Shown one piece after another: positions 1 to 18,039 of a DNA stretch of 64,000 bases. The DNA comes from the human T2T-CHM13v2.0 reference genome, Homo sapiens. A model generated the notes under the pieces. That model was not told the origin of the DNA. It worked only from the letters and a program-made list of their open reading frames with translations, and ran no database searches. The stretch is from assembly GCF_009914755.1 (NCBI RefSeq), contig NC_060928.1; one strand, given 5' to 3'. How positions within the stretch are numbered: position 1 is the first letter of the stretch; each line of letters begins with the position of its first letter. The position numbers and the translations under genes are program-made.

Positions 1-167
1 TAACAATACAAAAGTTTGCTGGGCATGGTAACGCATGCCTGTAGTCTCAGCTACTCAGGAGGCTGAGGAAATAGAAACGCTTGAATCTGGGAGGTGGAGG
101 CTGCAGTGAGCTGAGATCACACCACTGCACTCCAGCCTGGGTGACAGACTGCAACCCTGTCAAAAAA

Positions 168-199
<32 letters not shown>

Positions 200-200
200 A
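1..200 (+). mobile_element. Alu (3' part) with (AAAT)n tail
   Basis: Alu right-arm sequence (gcctgtagtctcagctactcaggaggctgag...cactccagcctgggtgacaga) followed by an A-rich tail. Confidence 0.9.
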
Positions 201-576
201 AATGAATAAATATATATATATATAATCCATATGAAATATATATGTAATCCATATGAAATATATATATATATATAATCTTTATGAAATATATATAATAATC
301 TCAGAGCCGAGTGCAGTGGCCTACATCTGTAATCCCAGGAGTCTGAGGCCAGAGGATTTCTTGAGCCCAGGAGTTCAAGGCTACAGTGAGCTGTGATTGT
401 GCCACTGCACTCCAGTCTGAAAAAAAAAAAAAAAGAAAGAAAAAAAAGAATATAAAGAAATATAATCTTGAACTTACTATGAAGCTAGAAGGTAAGTCAA
501 CTAGCAAAGAAATGATTATTTGCTTATTTTCTATAGAGTTTATTTTATCATTTAGTTGCCCCCACTTGAACATTTA

Positions 577-756
<180 letters not shown>

Positions 757-842
757 CTATTTTTTTAAATACTATATAAAAAGCAAAGCATGTAATTGAA
801 TAAAGTTAAATTAATTTTTTCTGCTCTCTCTCCTGTCTTTGC

Positions 843-3728
<2,886 letters not shown>

Positions 3729-4975
3729 TGAGAATTATTTTTTAATTAATAAATGTGTCAGAAAATTCAAATGGGTTAAAATTCAGTAGCCCCTGTCTTG
3801 GTCACCCATTTTCAGCCACTCACTGTTACTTGTTTGTAGGATTTTTTAAAAATTAAATATATTAACTATTTAAAATATATTTTAAAATAAATCTTGTTGC
3901 ATTTCTCATCATTTTATACTTTCGTAAATCATTTTTGTAACTTTAAATAGTTTATTAAAATTATAATTTGATACTCTGGGTACTTCACATAAAATATTCT
4001 CTATCAGTTTATAATAATAAAAATAATTTAAATTGTTATAGCCAAAAAAATAAAGAACTCACTAACAATCGTAAATCCCACTTCTAGGAGTATGACTTGT
4101 GTAAATCATACCCTCCGAGGCACATCTGTAAAAACAGGAATAAAATTACCGACTGTCAGCATTGTCCTGAGGACTGACTGAGATGATTGATGTCTGTGAG
4201 AGGGCTTGAGACAGTGCAGACTCATAGTTACCGTCACTGTGGAAATTATACATCACAGCATCCCTTTAACTAGAAAGCTGTTGCATGTTAGACAGGCATA
4301 CAACCTTTTGAAAACCCTCTATTGCATAAAACTAAATACTTCTGTATGTGCTCTGTTTTTCAGAAGTTATTTTTCAGTTCTTAAATTATCTTTTTTTCTT
4401 TTGCCTAGATTCTGTGTTTCATTGCTTATTTCGGAAAGTTGGAAAGTATCATGCAAATACAGATATAGCTATGCTATTTAAAAATAAAATACTCAGTGTT
4501 TGCTGGTGAAGGAAAATATGATGCTACGTAGGTAAAACTGCTGATGAAAATCAGATTTGCATTTCATAAGAACATTTCTGGAGAACTTTAGGCTTGAGAA
4601 AAGTAGGAGCCAAATGCTTCTCCCAGACGATAGTTTATAACTCTTACTGAAGTCAAAAGTTATTCTGAGGGTAAAATTTAGGCCACATGTTTGGAAAGCT
4701 GGAAGAAAAAAAACAAACCATGCATCAATGTCTAAATTTTTCCAAAGTACTTAGATGAAAAATTATTTGTAGTTAAGATCTTGAGAAATGTTTTTATCCA
4801 TTAGTGAAATATTAACAATACCTTAATATAATTTATTAACCATCCTTCCATAGGATGCTAATCATGACAGAATTTAGTCATGAAAATAATAATTTAAGTA
4901 GCAAAAGCACAGGATAATACGAGTTATAATATCTAACATGGAGTCTTGAAGATTCCTTTAAATAGAGTTTCTCTA

Positions 4976-5286
<311 letters not shown>

Positions 5287-6014
5287 TTACAAATGAAATA
5301 CATCATTATTAGATTGAGATAAAACTTTTCAGACAGACCTATTGTATAAAACAAAGTATGTACTTAATATTTATTAATAGAATGATTAGAAATTACCTTA
5401 AGAGACTTTTTTCTTGCAGTAATTTCACAATGTGCTTTTTAAAAATTCCCACATGTTGAGATAATGACAATAACATTTTAAAAAATTAATTAGAATAAAA
5501 ATTGTTAACCTAATTACAGCAGCAACTATTGAAAGAGACAATGTACAACTTTGCTTTTGATGTTCAAAGGGATTATTAGTCAGCTGTCTTTCACAAAGCT
5601 AGGTACTTAACAAGATGTGAATTGTTTGATATACTACTATTTGTCAGTGCTTAAATAAACAGGTTCCAAAGTGGATCTTCTTAGTCCTTAGTGTGGTCTG
5701 GACAAGGGTGCTAGCCACAAAAGTTATACCTACAAGTTGATGCTTATCATTACACTATCTCTGACACCAAGCAATACAGATGCAAAGAGTGAAACCTTTC
5801 TGGTAGGCTTTCTTTGAAAGAGTGATAAAGGCCATCTGTGTTCAAGGTTAATAGTAACATAGGCCAGAGAAGAAAATAAAGGGATCTTTTTTTCTGTTCT
5901 ATTGATTTCCTGTGTAACCACAGTCAAAATTTTAAAAACAAATATGCCAACCAAAATTAAATACCATTATTTTATTTAGGATTCTTTCAATTTATTATCC
6001 ACATAATTATCTAA

Positions 6015-6310
6015 TTTTTTTTTTTTTTTTTTGAGACAGAGTCTTGTGCTGTCACCCAGGCTGGAGTGCAGTGGCACGATCATGGCTCACTTGCAGCCTT
6101 GGCCTCCTGGGCTTAGCCTCTCGAGTAGCTGGGACTACAGGCACATGCCACTACTCCTGGCTAATTTTTGTGTTTTTTGTAGATATGGGGTTGTCCTATG
6201 TTGCCCAGGCTAGTCTCAAACTCCTGGGCATAAGCGATACTCCTGCCTTGGCCTCCCAAAGAGCTGGGATTATAGGCCTGAGCCACCGTGTCCTGTGCCA
6301 CCGTGTCCTG
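6015..6310 (-). mobile_element. AluJ-like
   Basis: Diverged Alu dimer with poly-T on + strand. Confidence 0.85.
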
Positions 6311-7626
6311 CGATTATCTAATTTGATTCATGCAACAAATCTCTAAGGCAGTATTATTAGTCCATCTAACAGATAACAAAACTGAACATGGGTATGGGTA
6401 AAATAATTTCCTAAGAAATTTATTGAGTGCCTACTATGTACCCAGTTATTTTATGTAATACCTCAATTAATTATCAAAGCAACCCTATGCAATAGGTTTC
6501 ATATTCCCCTTTTGCAGGTGAGGAAAAATAAACTTGCTCAAAGTTGGGCATTTGGTTTGTGGTAGAAGTACTAGTGGTGAAGCTAGTTCAGTGTTCTTTC
6601 ATTCATACCACAGCTGCTTTTTTAAAACTATGGATGTTTAACATTGGCTTATTACAGAACCCAAAACCACTGCAATATATGATGCATGACAAACGGGCAA
6701 AGTTTAGGAAATAAAAATTTAAGTATATTCCCTTATAAATAGATAACTGGAATTTTATTATTCATATGGTGTTGTCATTTCTTGTGTAGGTAGTGTTAAC
6801 TGGCTTTAACTTGTTCATGTTATAAAAAGAACAAATCTATCAATCACACATGGAAACATTTTCCTCCAATTACATTAGCTACAAAAACTTCTGACAAATT
6901 ATTAGATTTGTACACATTCTTTTCACCAAATGTGCATTTGATTCCATTCACGTTCCACATCACTAGAGTAAATGGCCCATTCATTTTCTTGCTTTACCTT
7001 CTTGAACTGCTGCACATATTAACAAGCTAAGCAAAACTTAACCCAGGCCTGCAAAAAACTCAAATTGCCAGGGCCAAAAAATCCTGTGAAAAATTAAACA
7101 CAATTGGACAGAAAACGGTGAATATTTATTTTTGTTTCTCAAGTTCTCCTGAAGCTGTGATTCATTTTCAGTGTTCTATTTCTTTTAATCCTGGAGTTCG
7201 AGCTTATTTTCTATATGGAATTGCAGAGTCTGATGGAATCCTTCTTGGCACTCTTTCAATTTCCTATACATTTTATTAACCTTGATGAACACGTGGTAGA
7301 AAATGACAGGGATAATGTTATGAATATAAGAGAACCATAAAGATGAACAAAAAAAACATGAGTTAAACATTTGTAGAGTGAGCGGCTCCTAGTTTCTAAC
7401 ATGGGCTATCAGCAGGGCTGTCTTAGGCCCAGAGCCCCTGCACAATCTGATAACAAGAAACCTTGCTTTGTATTCTCAGAAGCTCCTATCAGCTATCTAC
7501 AGTGGGTTTCCCAAACATTTTGTACATCTGATCCTCTTGGAAATTAAATAACAAAAATAATATTGTCATTTCTGAGTGGGGATATGAGAAAAAAATGAAT
7601 TAACACCAATCAAGATAAAATTATGA

Positions 7627-7977
<351 letters not shown>

Positions 7978-8167
7978 TGACATGCTTTGCAAGAATTTTG
8001 ATGAGATGAATGCAAGTTATGGACTTGTTGAGTAATGATAAAAACTAATATTACTATAACAATTGTGTTATAGCACTGTTCTATGTACTTGAAACAGTAA
8101 TACTTTGAATTCTGACGATCCTATGAATTAGAAGCTACAATCTCCATTTTATAGGTGAAGAAACTGA

Positions 8168-8575
<408 letters not shown>

Positions 8576-9057
8576 TCATGAGCCACTAGCTGCTTCACAT
8601 GCCTTTGGATACACACCTAGGAACTCCCAAACTCATCCCTTTTACTATTTAAATATTTCATTTATTGATTTTTAAAAAAGAAACTATGTGCCATTACTCC
8701 CTTTAGTGAGAAAGTCCCAGAGAAAGGTTATACTCAAGTTCTATATCAAAGAATGATTCTCCCTGCATGCAGTGACTCACACCTATAATACTAGCATTTT
8801 GGGAGGCCAAGGTGAGAGGATCTCTTGAGCCCAGGAGTTCAAAGCTGCAATGAACTTTGATTGCACTACCACACTCCAGCCTGAGCAACAGAGCAAGATC
8901 CTGTCTTAAAAAAAAAAAATCTTAAAGCTCAGTTCATGGACAATTTGCATCAGAATCTCTGAGCACCCTGTTATAAATACCTGCTATAAATGCTTCAGTC
9001 CAAATTTACTCATTTAGCGTCTTAGGGAGTGGAACTCAGGCCCTTAATTGATTTTGA

Positions 9058-9406
<349 letters not shown>

Positions 9407-9914
9407 CACCAGGGCCTTCTTATGACCCTGCTTAGAATGCCTTTCCCTATTCTATGTACATCAACCCCCCACCTGGAGTTCCCCTGAATAGCAGATGCTC
9501 TTTCACACCTCAGAGCCTGAACGTGCTGTTTCCTGTGCTTGTCATGCTTCCTCCTATTCTTGTCTTCTGAACTCCCACTGCAGTAAGTCAGCTACCAAGT
9601 CATCTCTGCAAGGACTGGGCCCATGAGGCAAGAGTTAGGTCTTCCTTCATTGTACCCCCAAGCTGTTAAACTCTTTTATCTCTTTCCTATCATAGAATTC
9701 CACTGCAACTGGTCTGTGTATTCTTTTAGACAGGGAGTCCTTAGAGGCTGGGTTCTTTGTGCTGTCTATTTTTGTAAAATATCAAGATGATGCCTGACCT
9801 GCAGTGGTAGGTAATTTAAACATGCTGTTTGAATGAACCACGAGGCAGTTCTGCTGTTTTAATTCTACTAAGATGATAGGTCACATACGTAACTTTTTCT
9901 CTGTGTGTATGACA

Positions 9915-10218
<304 letters not shown>

Positions 10219-10226
10219 TAATTCTA

Positions 10227-10968
<742 letters not shown>

Positions 10969-11393
10969 TCAAAGGATCCAAGATAGACTGTGAGGAAAGC
11001 CACTCTCTCACCTATATCATCCAGCTGTAGAGTCCTTTATAAGAAAGCAGTCATTCTTACAATTTCTAGTGTGTCCTTCCAGAGACATTTTAGACACATA
11101 TACGCAAATAAGTATATATATATCACTGTTTTGCAGTTTTTTAAACTTTGTGATCTTTCCGCAAAAGTACATAAAAAGCAGCCTCTGCTTATTAATAAAT
11201 ATACTCTTTCATTCTATGTATAATTTAAAAAAAAAGACATCTCTTGATGTTTGTTACCAGTATTTTTTTTTCCACCATCAGTGATGCTGCAAAATATAGG
11301 TAATTTTACATGTGTGGGCATATTCATAGGATAAACTTCTAGAAATGGAATTGTAGGATGAACAGGTAGTGACAAATTTTGCCAAATGGTTTC

Positions 11394-11784
11394 TGATATG
11401 CTTTGGATCTGTGTCTCCGCCCAAATCTTAGGTCAAATTGTAACTCCCAGTGTTGGAGGTGGGGCCTGGTGGGAGGTGACTGGATCATGGGGGTGGATTT
11501 TCTTCTTGGTGCTGTTCTTGTGATAGTGAGTGAGTTCTTGTGAGATCCGGTCATTTAAAAGTATGTGGCACCTCCCTTCCCCGCCTTGGTCCTGCTGCTC
11601 CCATCTAAGTCGCCTGCTCCTGCTTTGCTGTCTGCCATGAGTAAAAGCTCCCTGAAGCCTCCCCAGAAGCAGATGCTGTCATGCTTCCTGTACAGTCTGC
11701 GGAACCGTGAGCCAATGAAACCTCTTTTCTTTATTACCCAGTCTTAGGTATTTCTTTATAGCAGTGCAAGAACAGACTAATATA
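11394..11784 (+). mobile_element. MSTA-type MaLR solo LTR
   Basis: Starts tgatatgctttggatctgtgtc, ends aacagactaatata; 5-bp TSD GTTTC at 11389-11393 and 11785-11789; interrupts an old L1M fragment. Confidence 0.85.
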
Positions 11785-11843
11785 GTTTCCATAGATGTTA
11801 TATCCATTTTCACTCCCACTAGCAGCTCATGAAGATATCTATG

Positions 11844-13225
<1,382 letters not shown>

Positions 13226-13715
13226 TATATATATATATATATTCATATATATACACATTCATATATACATATACACATATATACATTCATATATACATAT
13301 TCATATATATACATTCATATATACATATTCATATATACATTCATATATACATTCATATATATACATTCATATATACATTCATATATATACATTCATATAT
13401 ACATTCATATATACATTCATATACATTCATATATACATTCATATATACATTCATATATACATATTCATATATATATTCATATATATTCATATATATATTC
13501 ATATATATATTCATGTATATATTCATATATATTCATGTATATATTCATATATATACACATTCATATATATACATTCATATATATAATATATATATACACA
13601 TATTGATATATATATACACATATTGATATATATATACACATATTGATATATATATATATACACATATATATATATACACACATTGTGTATATATATATAT
13701 ACACACACACACATA
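13226..13715. repeat. AT-rich compound tandem repeat (TA)n / (CATTCATATATA)n / (CACATATTGATATATATATA)n
   Basis: Directly visible ~490-bp low-complexity array. Confidence 0.95.
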
Positions 13716-13815
13716 TCCGGCTAGTGGTGTTTTTGTTGTTTTTTTCCTGAAGTTCTAAAATGGAGAGTAAAGGAAACTCTTAAGTGCAGCCTCATCTACT
13801 GGTCTAACCCAGACC

Positions 13816-13848
<33 letters not shown>

Positions 13849-13999
13849 AAAAAACCAACACAGGTGGTTGCTCCATATGCCTTTTTCTCCTCCCTAGGCA
13901 GGCTAGTACTCACTGCTAGTCTAGTCCTAATATTGTTTTGAACCCTAGGAGGCTTAGTCTTCAGAATCATTTTTACTCTGCCCTAAAGTGGAAGACACC

Positions 14000-14850
14000 C
14001 CATTCATTCTACAAATATAATACAGCAGGCATTGTTCCAGCAGCTAAGGCTTGAATAATGAACAAACTAGACAAAAGTCCTTGCCCTTATTAATATTACA
14101 TTATAATGGAAGGAGGCAGATAGTAAACACAACACACAAGTATGATAAATGTTATGTTAGTTAATGATAGGTGCCATGGACAAAATCAAGCAGAAAGGGG
14201 GATAAGGAGTATGGGAGTCCCTCTTGGGAAGGGTGTCAGGGAAGGCCTCCCTGAGGAGGTGACATCAGGCAAAGACAAGAAAGGAGTGAGGGAATGAGCT
14301 ATAAGGTATATGAGGGAAGAGCATTCCAGGTAGTGGAAAAAGCAAAGGCTTGGAGCTGAAAGTGTGCTTGGGGCATCCCAGGAACAGTAAGGAAGGCAAC
14401 TGGTGAGAGCCCACAGAGTGAGAGGTAGAGGAGGAGGTGAAGGCAGATAGATCAGGGGGGGTTTGGCAGTAGGCAAGATTGTCTAAGTCCTCATAGTGAA
14501 ATGGGAAAGTCATGGAGGAGTTCTAGAGGGCCACTGAGAATGCTCTATTAGCACAGACTGCGGGAAGGCAAGAACGGAAGAAGGGAGGACCAGTTAGGGA
14601 ACTTCCTTAAACCAGGTGGGAAATAAGATGGGTTAGACTAGGCTAGTAGCTAAAGAGGTGTGACAGTATTTGGAATGTGAGTATATTCTGAAGGTGGAGC
14701 CAATAGGATTTTCCGTCCAATTGTATCTTGGGTGTGAGAAAGGAGGCAAGGACTCCAAGGTTCTTGACATAAGTGGAAGAATGGAGTTGTCCTTTCCTGA
14801 GATGGGGGAGGGCTGCAGATGGAGCATGTTTTAGGGCAAAAAGGGGGAGC
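14000..14850 (-). mobile_element. L2 fragment
   Basis: cattcattc end followed by purine-rich L2 text (gaaggcctccctgaggaggtgacat, gaagagcattccagg). Confidence 0.7.
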
Positions 14851-15100
14851 TGTTATTCCCTTTGTGGTTACCATGGCTTCCCAAGGTCGCTGGGGCTCTC
14901 AGAAGGCCATGATTCCAAATTAGATCAGTGGTCTGGACTAGGCCATGACTGAAATACCTTCTTGGGATGACAGCTCCATGGAATATGTGCCCCAAGGGCT
15001 TTGTCCTCCTCCTGAGCTATCCTGTTCCAAGCCAGACTTGCACTGAGATATTGCACCAAATGGTTTTAAGTCTGTTTTTTTGTGTATATAATCAATAGGC

Positions 15101-15142
15101 AAACACAAACACACACACACGCACACACACACACACACACAC
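15101..15142. repeat. (CA)n microsatellite
   Basis: Visible CA repeat. Confidence 0.9.
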
Positions 15143-15709
15143 CCCTAAAACCTTGAAAACAACTTAAAAACCAGGGTTTCCTATTAGAGAACTCACTGTC
15201 CTCCAAATATCAAAATTCAATTCAACTCTACATTTGCGGGGCTGTGACGTGAGCAGGAAGACACTGGTTCCTAGATAATGCCAGGCTAAGGCTGGTATAG
15301 AAACCACATCAGGGCCAATCTGAAACGTGGCTGATTGAAGAATTTACGTAATCAGGAACTCATTGGATGAATGATCCAAAAGGAAGGGCTGCATTTAAAA
15401 CAGTAGTCACTATAGCACCTGCCGCAGCCATACGTAAAATGGAATATTGCAATAAAAATACGGAAAGGTGACGGAAAGCAAAAAAGCCATATTAGTGGGA
15501 GGAAAAAACAGAAACTGATTTGTAAGATTACTTCAAAAGGCTAAGAAGAGACTGACAAGAAATTTTAAAAATCGTGTCCTTAAACGGGAGCAAGAATCTA
15601 TACAAGGCAACAAGGCGAGAGCGCAGAGCTGTTTATTTATTTATTTATTTATTTTTCTACCCAGCTCACAGGGCCAGCGGGTAGATTAGAAAGAAAACAA
15701 CCAATTGCT

Positions 15710-16012
15710 GCCAGGCGCGGTGGCTCACACGTGTAATCCCAGCACTTTGGGAGGCCGAGGCGGGCGGATCACGAGGTCAGGAGATCGAGACCATCCTGAC
15801 TAACATGGTAAAACTCCGTCTACTAAAAAATAGAAAAAATTAGCCGGGCGTGGTGGCGGGCGCCTGTAGTTCCAGCTACTCAGGAGGCTGCGGCAGGAGA
15901 ATGGCGTGAATCCAGGAGGCGGAGCTTGCAGTGAGCCGAGATCGCGCCACTGCACTCTAGCCTAGGCGACAGAGCAAGACTCCGTCTCAAAAAAAAAAAA
16001 AAAAAAAAAAAA
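15710..16012 (+). mobile_element. AluY-like next to the CpG island
   Basis: CpG-rich dimer, long A tail, TSD aaccaattgct. Confidence 0.9.
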
Positions 16013-16865
16013 GAAACCAATTGCTAAAGTAGAGTAGCTAAGGAATCAGAACTTGTTTCAAAGTAAGCGAAGTAGTGGCCAGACTAGGTGACTCAAGGCA
16101 TGACTCAAACCCGACTCTGGAGGCTGTCTGTCAGCTCCCGGAGGCGGGGGGCGCGGTGTCTAACACGTTTTAGGAAAGTACCAGGCTTGTGGAGGGCGAC
16201 AGGAAACCTCCCCGGGAGATCGGCCTGGGGCTCCTCCTGCCCTAGAGCCTGACCTCTCACTCTCCGTACCGGCAGCGACTTCCAACCTCCTGGCTTCCCC
16301 TTCCTCCGTTCGAGGCTCCCCACCCCTCGTCTTCCATCCAGCGTCACAGGGCGTGTGCGTGTTGTGTGCGAGACGCGGGTCTCCTCCCCCGCCGCCCTCC
16401 GCCCCGTGCTCCCAGCCACGCGCCTTCCCGCCCCGCCTCCGCGGCAAGCCGCTCCCTTCCCACCCCGCCCGCGCCCGCCGCCCGCCGCCCGCCTCCCGGG
16501 CACGCGCTGCACGAACGGCGCCCGGAGCTGGTCTAGGCAAACACCTGTCCTGCCTTGGCTCCGCGAGATTTGGGGCGAAAGCTTAGGCAACAGGGGCACG
16601 TTCTCGCGAGGTTTAGGAAATTTCCCACGGCCGTGTTGTGTCTGAGCCGAGTAGTGGAAGGCGGTGGGAAGGAGGTGTAGCGTGAGACTGGACTGCCCGC
16701 ATTGGGTACATGCGCAGTGCCGCTCGCGCGGGCCGCGCCAATCCTGCAGCGCCTTCAACAGGTTTCGGGCGGCGAATTCCAGTTCTCCGGGTTTTGGGGC
16801 TCCCTGCGGGAGGCAGTGCTGGATCTGGGAATCTCTAGGAAAGGAAAGAGCAAAGGAGGGGAAAG

Positions 16866-16879
16866 ATGGGGGGCTGCAG
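16866..16879 (+). CDS. RBPJ: RBPJ alternative N-terminal coding segment MGGC(R)
   Basis: ATG GGG GGC TGC AG|gtagga; phase-2 donor; matches the recalled RBPJ isoform N-terminus MGGCRKFGER. Confidence 0.8.
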
Positions 16880-17747
16880 GTAGGAGGAGGGGGCGGGATT
16901 CGGGCCCTTCACCCTGCTGTTCCATGCCCGGTGGGGCCAGGTTTGCCCGGGGGCTTCCGGGATCAGGCCGCCTGAAGCGCGATTCGGGCAGCCGGCAGCG
17001 TCCTCGGCTGTGCCAGGCCCTCGGGTGGCCCGGTTCCCTGTGCAGTAGTGGTCTCAACACACACCTGGGCTCACACACGGTGGTGGCTGCGATGGGGTCT
17101 TAGAGAGGCCATGCAGCACGCGAGCGGCAAGAGCTTTGATCGGGTCCTCTGGCCAGACTCGGAGGTGGGAGAATGTGGCTCTCAATTCCAAGGCAGTTTT
17201 CCCTTCTGGAGAGAACTACTCCGCGCTCTGGCGTGTGTCTGCGAGGTGGCCATTAGGGGTGTCTTTGCTAGAGGCCTTGGCTTGACCTCATTTCACACCC
17301 AAGGAGAACGCTAAGGCGAGAGAGCTCAACTGCAAAAGTTTTCCGCTTGAGGAGCTCTGGAAGGGCCTCCTCATTAGCATGGGGGGGTGTAATGAATGAA
17401 GACAGTCCCCGACGTGTCACTTGCCCGAACCCCAGACATCTCTGGCGCTCCTGCACCAAACGCCGAGATTAGCATAAAGGAGGCGCCCAGGGAACGTTTG
17501 AATGAATGAAAATAGCTGGGAACCCAGAGTGAGCGGGAAGCCGCTTGGAAAACACCCATTGAGGAGGTGTTTCATCTAGGCCTGTGAAACGCAGCCCATT
17601 TTCCCAGGACCCCTCCTCCCTTCTCCTCGGCCCCGCCTCCTGACCCCTCCATTCCTCGTCCCCGTAGTAATCCCCTCCGGTTTTCCTCAGTCTCCACGTA
17701 CGTCCCTCAAAGCGCGTCCTAAAACCCGGATAACCGGAGCGCTCCCC

Positions 17748-17806
17748 ATGGACCACACGGAGGGCTCGCCCGCGGAGGAGCCGCCTGCGCATGCTCCATC
17801 GCCTGG
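17748..17806 (+). CDS. RBPJ: RBPJ isoform-1 N-terminal coding segment [19 protein letters not shown](G)
   Basis: Translation matches the known RBPJ N-terminus; GG|gtaggt donor; upstream branch-like CTGAC (17640-17644) with AG acceptors at 17666-17667 and 17689-17690. Confidence 0.95.
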
Positions 17807-18019
17807 GTAGGTTTCCAGGGAAGGCAGCGAGCAGGATCCCCTACTCTGCGGGCGGCGCGAGGCGTCTGGCTCTTCGCGGCGGCGGCGAGGGGAAAGGGAG
17901 CGCGGGGGCTGGGTGGAATCGAGGAGTGAGGAAAAAGGGAAGGGGCGGGGGAGAGGGACCAGGGAAGGCGTCGGGGGGAATCTCGCGAGGGTTGGAGTTT
18001 TGGCGAGAGTTTGTGGAAG

Positions 18020-18039
18020 ATGGCGCCTGTTGTGACAGG
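18020..18039 (+). CDS. RBPJ: RBPJ alternative first coding exon MAPVVT(G)
   Basis: aagATGG Kozak context; ATG GCG CCT GTT GTG ACA GG|gtaagt consensus donor; matches the known MAPVVTGKFGER isoform. Confidence 0.95.

Noticed and set aside
223-295. Three copies of taatccatatgaaatatatat
   Set aside because: Slippage products in an Alu tail; no unique spacers, so not CRISPR-like
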